From assembly GCA_002104945.1 (NCBI GenBank), contig MCFH01000025.1, positions 685,540 through 749,539 on the forward strand: a DNA stretch of 64,000 nt. Reading direction: 5' to 3'. The notes under the pieces are model-generated. The model was given only the letters and a program-made list of their open reading frames with translations. It did not search any database and was not told the DNA's origin. A program made the translations under genes and the position numbers. This document shows positions 57,781-64,000 of the stretch, piece by piece; the first letter of the stretch is position 1; the number at the start of each line of letters is the position of its first letter. The stretch is from Piromyces finnis finn. Lineage: Eukaryota > Fungi > Neocallimastigomycota.

Positions 57781-59066
57781 TTTGAAAGAACTTATTATGA
57801 CAATAGATATTAATAGTTTGAAGTATTGATATAATGATATAAATAAGATAATGAAATAAAATATATAGTAAAATAAAAATAATAATAGTAAAGACGGATA
57901 TAATATATAGCAAGTGGATTATTTGTCAAACAATATTTTAAATTTATAACTGGAAAAGTGGCTAAGTTGTTGACAAACTTAGTTCTAACTCTACTGAAGA
58001 CTTTAAACGGAAAGATAAATTTTGAATATCTATCACTTTGGATTTCTGTATTATAACTGTATTTTGAAAGCTCTTTATATTAATAAGAATTGTATAATTT
58101 ATTGGATGATAATTGTATTGTGTTGATTCTGATTGTTGAAATTGAACATTCATATAGGTTGTTTATGTTGTAAGGTAGAGAGATAATAAGAGTGAAAAGT
58201 TGTTATATCAAAAATAATGGAAAAAAGTTGAAGAATTTTGGGTAAACATAATAAAATTTTTTTTTTTTTTTTTTTTTAAAGATAAAATTGAAACAAGAGT
58301 AGTATTTACAATATAAAAATAGAATACTCGATTTTCCAGGATAGAAGCTTTGATAATAGAAATGTTAAAGAAAAAAAGGTGTTAATACTTACCATAATAG
58401 TCCATAATAAACCTACTTAAGTTATACAGATATATAAATATACATATAATATAAAGTATAAGAAATATATATATATAGAAAAGAGATAGAAAAAGTATAC
58501 AAAAGAATGTTAGTAGAAAAGAGATTCCTTGGAAAATCTAGAGTTACAAAAAAATAAGAAATAAAAAAAGATATTACTAGAATCATATAAAATCATAAAG
58601 GAAAAATAAAAAAGCCGCGCCCCTCGAAAATAATAAAAATAGAAAAAATAAAAGATTAAATATGATTATAGTAATGAAAGCTGCACCCCACACGAAACTC
58701 AAGAATAAATGAAAGGAATAACCAACTAACTGAAAAAACAAAACTATCTGACTAATCAGCATATAAAGAATAAAAAAGGAATAAAAGAACAAAGAGAATA
58801 AGTAGTAAACTGGGATAACAAATTATCGATGAAAGCTAAAATAAAAATGAAATCAAGAAATATTCAAAATCAGTATTTAATACTACCGAATCAAACAATT
58901 TTAAGTTTAAAATAATATGTTATAAAAGTTGTTAAAGCAACTACTATCTAGAAAATAAGTTGAAGGTGTAAGGGATATATGATATAACAACTAACACTCA
59001 AATTATCAACTCTGTTCGCTCAGTACCATGAGCATAGTCCTAATAATATTTCCAAATAAAGACTAA

Positions 59067-59312
59067 CCAAGTATCCATTGCGCAATACTTGGATTTAATT
59101 CTTTCTACTCTCTCAGTACCATGAGCATGAGTAGACCCTCTTGAGAAACTACATTTATTAAATAAATGAAGGCACGTACCCAAGAGGGCACCAAGCATCC
59201 ATTGCGCAATACTTGGATTTAATTCTTTCTACTCTCTCAGTACCATGAGCATGAGTAGACCCCCTTGAGAAACTACATTTATTAAATAAATGAAGGCACG
59301 TTCCCAAGAGGG
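59067..59312 (-). repeat. Two tandem 124-bp monomers at the 5' end of LINE 1
   Basis: 59067-59190 and 59191-59312 are nearly identical; a partial motif ctcagtaccatgagcat is repeated at 59019-59035. Confidence 0.92.
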
Positions 59313-59329
59313 TATTATTATAAAATAGA

Positions 59330-62300
59330 TTTTTTTTTTTTTTTTTTTTTTTTTAACGGCATCAAATATTTTAAACTTTATTATTAATTTAATTAAAATT
59401 ATAATACATGTAATATAAAAATTAAAATAAAATAAAAATAAAAAAAATATGTTTAAATAAACACAAATGAATAAAAATTGGGTATAATGTATTCTAGTAA
59501 TTTTAATTAAAGTAAGAAAGCCACTATCATACTAAAGTATAATAATTGTATTTGACTTCCAATGGGACACCGAGCCAAAGATCAAAATTTTATCATGGGA
59601 CAAAATTATGATCTCCATTGGTTGCGCTGGCCCTCCTGGCCTGTCTTACTGTTTCTTCAGCATTGACGCTCTTGGATGTTGCTTCAAACCTTTTGAACAT
59701 TGACCATTGCTGGCCAATAGCAAAAGGCATGATTTTGGTTAGAAGTTCCGCGGTTACCGTCAAGAATGGTGTTCCTTCATTAGTACCAGATTGAATCTGA
59801 CGCTTACAAAGTTCTTTCCATTCCCTTGAATTGTAATTGATATTGTTAAAACTTCTTCCCCCAAGAAGGAATTTAAATATTTTACTGCACACACTAGAAT
59901 AATCATACACATTAATATTCACCGGATTATTAGAACTATTACTATCATTAACTAAATTACTATCTAAATTAGAATTATTATCTTCACTATTGCTATCATT
60001 ACTAATATTATTATTTCTATTACTACTATTGTTATTATTACTATTGTTACTATTACTATTGTTATTATTACTATTGTTACTATTACTATTAATATTATTA
60101 CTATCTCTACTGATATTATCAATTTCATTATTATTGATAGGACTATTGGAATTACGTTGACTGAAAAAATTTAATAGCTGGACTATGGAATCATAATGTT
60201 TAATACGGATATCTCTAAATGTTGGACAATCTAATAACCAATGTTTAATACTTTGATCTCCACACTTGCAACATGGACAGTAGTTAGGACAAACTGGATC
60301 AACAAATTTAGCAGCTTTGGCAACTCTAGCATCCAACTTGTATCCGCTTCTTGCTTTCAATAGCCAGTAGAAGCCATAGGCAAACTCTGGGTACTCATAA
60401 CATAATTTAATAAAATCTTTAGTATCAATAAACTTATTATCATCATAATATTGCGCTTTGATTGAATTCCCTTTGAGATCTTTCCAATAAAAGTTTTTAA
60501 CTGCTTTAACATCTCCATGTTTCTTTAGTTTTTTATCAAGTGTCCTACTTGATTTGCACCACGTGTATTTTCTAAATTTAGGAATGTAATTGACAAGGTA
60601 TGAGATAATACAATTTGAGTTTTTCCATTTGTTAAAACATCTAACCTGAGCTAACGCACATTTGGCTGACAATGGAGGAATATTCAAATCTTTTGAGATA
60701 GAGTATAGAGATATAAATGATACAGCTTTATGAACTCCGGCAACCCATCGTATTCCTTTGTTAACATGCTTCTGAGCAATCCTAGACCTAGCTTTGTTGG
60801 ATCCAAGTAATGGTGCAAAGTATGAAACTCTGCTAATCACTTGTGAGTTAAGTACTAGCTTTTTGAAGGGAATAGGAATATTAGGATTTCTTAAGAATTT
60901 ACTGACTGAAAAAAGCCCTTTCAAAACCTTGTTATTAAGAGCTTTAATAACTGGTTTAAGGGACAGATTCTTATCAAATGGAACACCAAGATAAGTATAA
61001 CAATCAGTAGTTGGAATGGGTTGTCCTGCTAAGTAAAATGTTGGATCTCTCTTGTTCTGATTTTCTATTGATTCAGGACGAATCACCATCGTTGAACACT
61101 TCTGGATACCAAATTCCATTTCATTATACAAGGCCCATTCATTAACTCTTCTAAGCATCTTTTTTAAGCATCCTCTTGTTGGAGCACAAATAACTATATC
61201 ATCTGCAAAAAGTCCACCACAGCATCGAGTGTCACCTAAACTGACTCCGAGATCTTCACACTCTTTAAATATATCATTAATAAAGAGATTAAAGAGAATA
61301 GGAGAAAGAGGGCATCCTTGACGGACTCCTTTCTTCACATCAAAAGATTTCGAGAATTGTCCATCTAATTTGACATTAGCCTTAGATGTTAAATATAAAT
61401 TTTTGATGAATTGTAAACTCTTACCTCGGATTCCTAAACAATCTAATTTATGGAGAATATTACCGATTGGGACTGAATCGTATGCTTTCCTGAGATCTAA
61501 AAAGGCCAAATATGTCTCTTTATTATCTAATTGACGTCTACGGCATATTTCTTGGATTGAAATGAAAAGACTGATACTTTCTTCCTTTTTTCGAAAACCA
61601 AATTGTTCAGGTCTAATGAAATTATTCTTTAGACCATATTCTGAGATTCTAGTGGTGACAATTTTGGAGATCAACTTAATACCATTATTGATAAGTGATA
61701 TACCTCGATAGTTATCACAATCTGTCAAATCACCCTTCTTAGGAATAGAAACAATACTGGATTCATTCCATGAGTTGGGGAAGTCTCCATCCCAAATACG
61801 GTTGAATAATTTAAGAATAAAATTTAAACCATAAGCATCATTATCTGAAGTGGTATTACCGGAAGAATTATTATCTGTAGCATAATTAGAATCATTACTT
61901 GATGGAATTAATGCTTTGTAAAATTCAATTGGAATACCATCCGGACCTGATGCTTTATAATTCGGAGTAGAGAGGATAGCTGACTTGACTTCATCAATAC
62001 TAATATCTTGGTTGATATCCCACTCATCAAGCATAGGGAGTGAAAAACGTTTATTCGTTGGTTCTTCATACCAATGCTCCAAATCAAGACTTACACCACT
62101 TGGATCTGATGCAAGCTTTTCGAAATGATCATGCCACACATCTAGTTGTTCTTCCGTAGCAACAACTAATTCTCCATTTTTGTTTTTAATTGGTTGAGCA
62201 ATAAAGAAAGAATCTTTTCCAATTTTTGCAGTTTTCTTGATCCATTTCCAGGCCTTCTTAGGATTATGACTCTTCATATACTCACATCCTGTTTTAATCC

Positions 62301-64000
62301 AATGAAGATATTCTTGTTTCCTAAATTCATTACATCTTTTGTGGATGTAATCAATGAGCTTACGGTAGATTTTAATTCTTTTAATAAATTCATCTATATC
62401 ATAAATTCTTTCTTTTTTAAATCTCTTATACAACTTCATTTTGATTTTTTGAAGATTAAAAATTTGTTGTGAAATATGAAATGAAGACTTTATAACATTA
62501 TTTGCTGAGGTAATACTGAGCTCGTCTGCAATTGAAAAAGCAGTTGAAGTAAACTCTTTGGAAAGTTCATCTGTAGAAACATTAGGATCGTTGAATTTTG
62601 CTGAAAGTATTGGAATTTATTATGACTGAGAATAGATTCCTTTTCCTCAATACATTTTAATCTATTCCATTTCAGAATTTTCTTAGGAACATTAAAGTCA
62701 TTAGAAAATCTTCCATAGGAATAATTTTACCATTAATAAGAAGAGGCTTATGGTCTGATACAGGATAAAAATTATTTATAAATGATCCTGAGTGAATAAG
62801 ATCGTTCATCTTCGAATTGATAAGAGCATGGTCAATGTCGGAAGATTGATCACCTCGAGTCCAAGAGATAGTCGACCCTCTAAGCGGAAGAATTTCCCAA
62901 TCTCCTAATCCATTAGTTGATAACCAGTTGGATAATTTTACTTTAGACATATTAAAATCACCAACAAGAATCGATGGATGGGATGAATGAGTTTGTAACC
63001 ACAAGCGAACTTCTAACTTTGCATGATCAACATAGATGTTGTGATGACTATGAGGCATATAAACATTTCCAATCGAGCATTTGAATCTATTCCAGAGACT
63101 AAAAGTATAAATAGAAATAATATACTTTCCAGAGAAGTTTTCAAGTGAGGCTTGACACGAATTGTGAAAACCTAAATATAAACCTCTCATTCCTGGAACT
63201 GATTCGTCAGCTTTCTTGAAAAAGTGTCTATAGTTTCGCAAAGTAACACGACAAGGATAATCTGTATTCGATCCAGAACCATTACCAGTTTCTTGGAAAC
63301 ATAAAAATAATGGTTTGAAAATAGCTGTGAAATAGCTAATACTATCTCTCTTTTCGTGATTCCACCCATTGGTGTTCCAACTAAGACAAAAAGAAAAGTT
63401 ATCAGGCTTGTTGGATGAGGAAGAATCGTTGCTATTATTATTATTATTAAAGTCATCGTTATTAATGGATGATGCATCAGAGGAATAAGTAGAACTATTA
63501 CTAGATGGCTGTGAAACTGAAGAACTATCAACTATTGAACTGTTATCAGAGTTGATAGAACTATTAGAATTAATTGTTGAATGTTGAGATTGAAATTGTG
63601 TTTGCTGTAGATCTGGAATATTTTCATGATTGGAAACTTGTTGAAGATCTTGTTGAAGATCTAGTTGAAGATCGGATTGTTGATGAGATTGTTGAACTGA
63701 TTGTTGAAATGATTGTTGAATAGAATGTTGATGTTTATTAGAAACTAAAATTTTACGTTTGAGAGTGGAAAAAGTGTATTTGTGATTCCTTCTACTACGA
63801 GCTGAAAAGGAAATTGAGGTAACTGAAAGTTTCTTCTTTAACATGTGTAAGATTTTAATACAATCTTCGATGAACCATGAACCTTGACTAAGAAAAAGTG
63901 ATCATTGAAGTCTGAAAATATTTAACACTAATAACTGAATTAAATTTATCTTCTAGAATAACCTCGAGTTTTTCCCATAGCATATTTACTGACCATGATC
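59330..64000 (-). mobile_element. LINE 2: related APE-RT non-LTR retrotransposon, 5' end outside the window, frameshifted
   Basis: 25-nt poly(T) at 59330-59354; RT/CCHC ORF 59593-62439; APE-containing ORF 62672-63844 (SWNTNGW, FQETG, GDFN, IDH, SDHKP). Confidence 0.92.
59593..63990 (-). pseudogene. LINE 2 polyprotein disrupted by apparent 1-nt deletions (~62700, ~62610, ~63865)
   Basis: Adding one base at each site restores colinearity with LINE 1 (e.g. PKKILKW vs PKKTFKW; HNKFQIL vs SNRFAVL). Two sites are in homopolymer runs, so these may be sequencing errors. Confidence 0.65.

Larger units (their letters stand above)
53382..59312 (-). mobile_element. LINE 1: full-length APE-RT non-LTR retrotransposon with poly(A) tail
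   Basis: 46-nt poly(T) at 53382-53427 on the + strand; 13-bp direct repeat TATTATTATAAAA at 53369-53381 and 59313-59325 (TSD); ORF2 with APE and RT domains. Confidence 0.88.

Noticed and set aside
59067-59312. CRISPR-like or hammerhead reading of the 124-bp repeats
   Set aside because: There are no unique spacers and the context is eukaryotic. No CUGANGA core is correctly placed before GAAA on either strand.

Overview
Very AT-rich, intron-rich eukaryotic DNA. Gene style and content suggest an anaerobic gut fungus (Neocallimastigomycota); this is inference. Host genes in the left half: a DEK-like chromatin protein (3'-truncated by the window edge), hexokinase, a beta-helix/EGF/7TM class-C-GPCR-like receptor, an arfaptin/BAR protein, an intronless bacterial-type DUF6544-like gene, tRNA-Pro(AGG) and tRNA-Trp(CCA). 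The main signal is that both tRNA genes have LTR retroelements inserted 12-15 bp upstream of the mature 5' end. At tRNA-Pro there is a three-LTR non-autonomous element. At tRNA-Trp, target-site duplications show a solo LTR, three different intact Ty3/gypsy elements and probably a fifth LTR stacked in one ~10-bp target. Two of the intact elements have Tf1-like 11-nt self-priming sites; the third is tRNA-primed with a -1 frameshift signal. Two APE-RT LINEs follow. One is full length, with a 13-bp TSD, structured 124-bp 5' monomers and an RRM-like ORF separated from ORF2 by one in-frame TGA.
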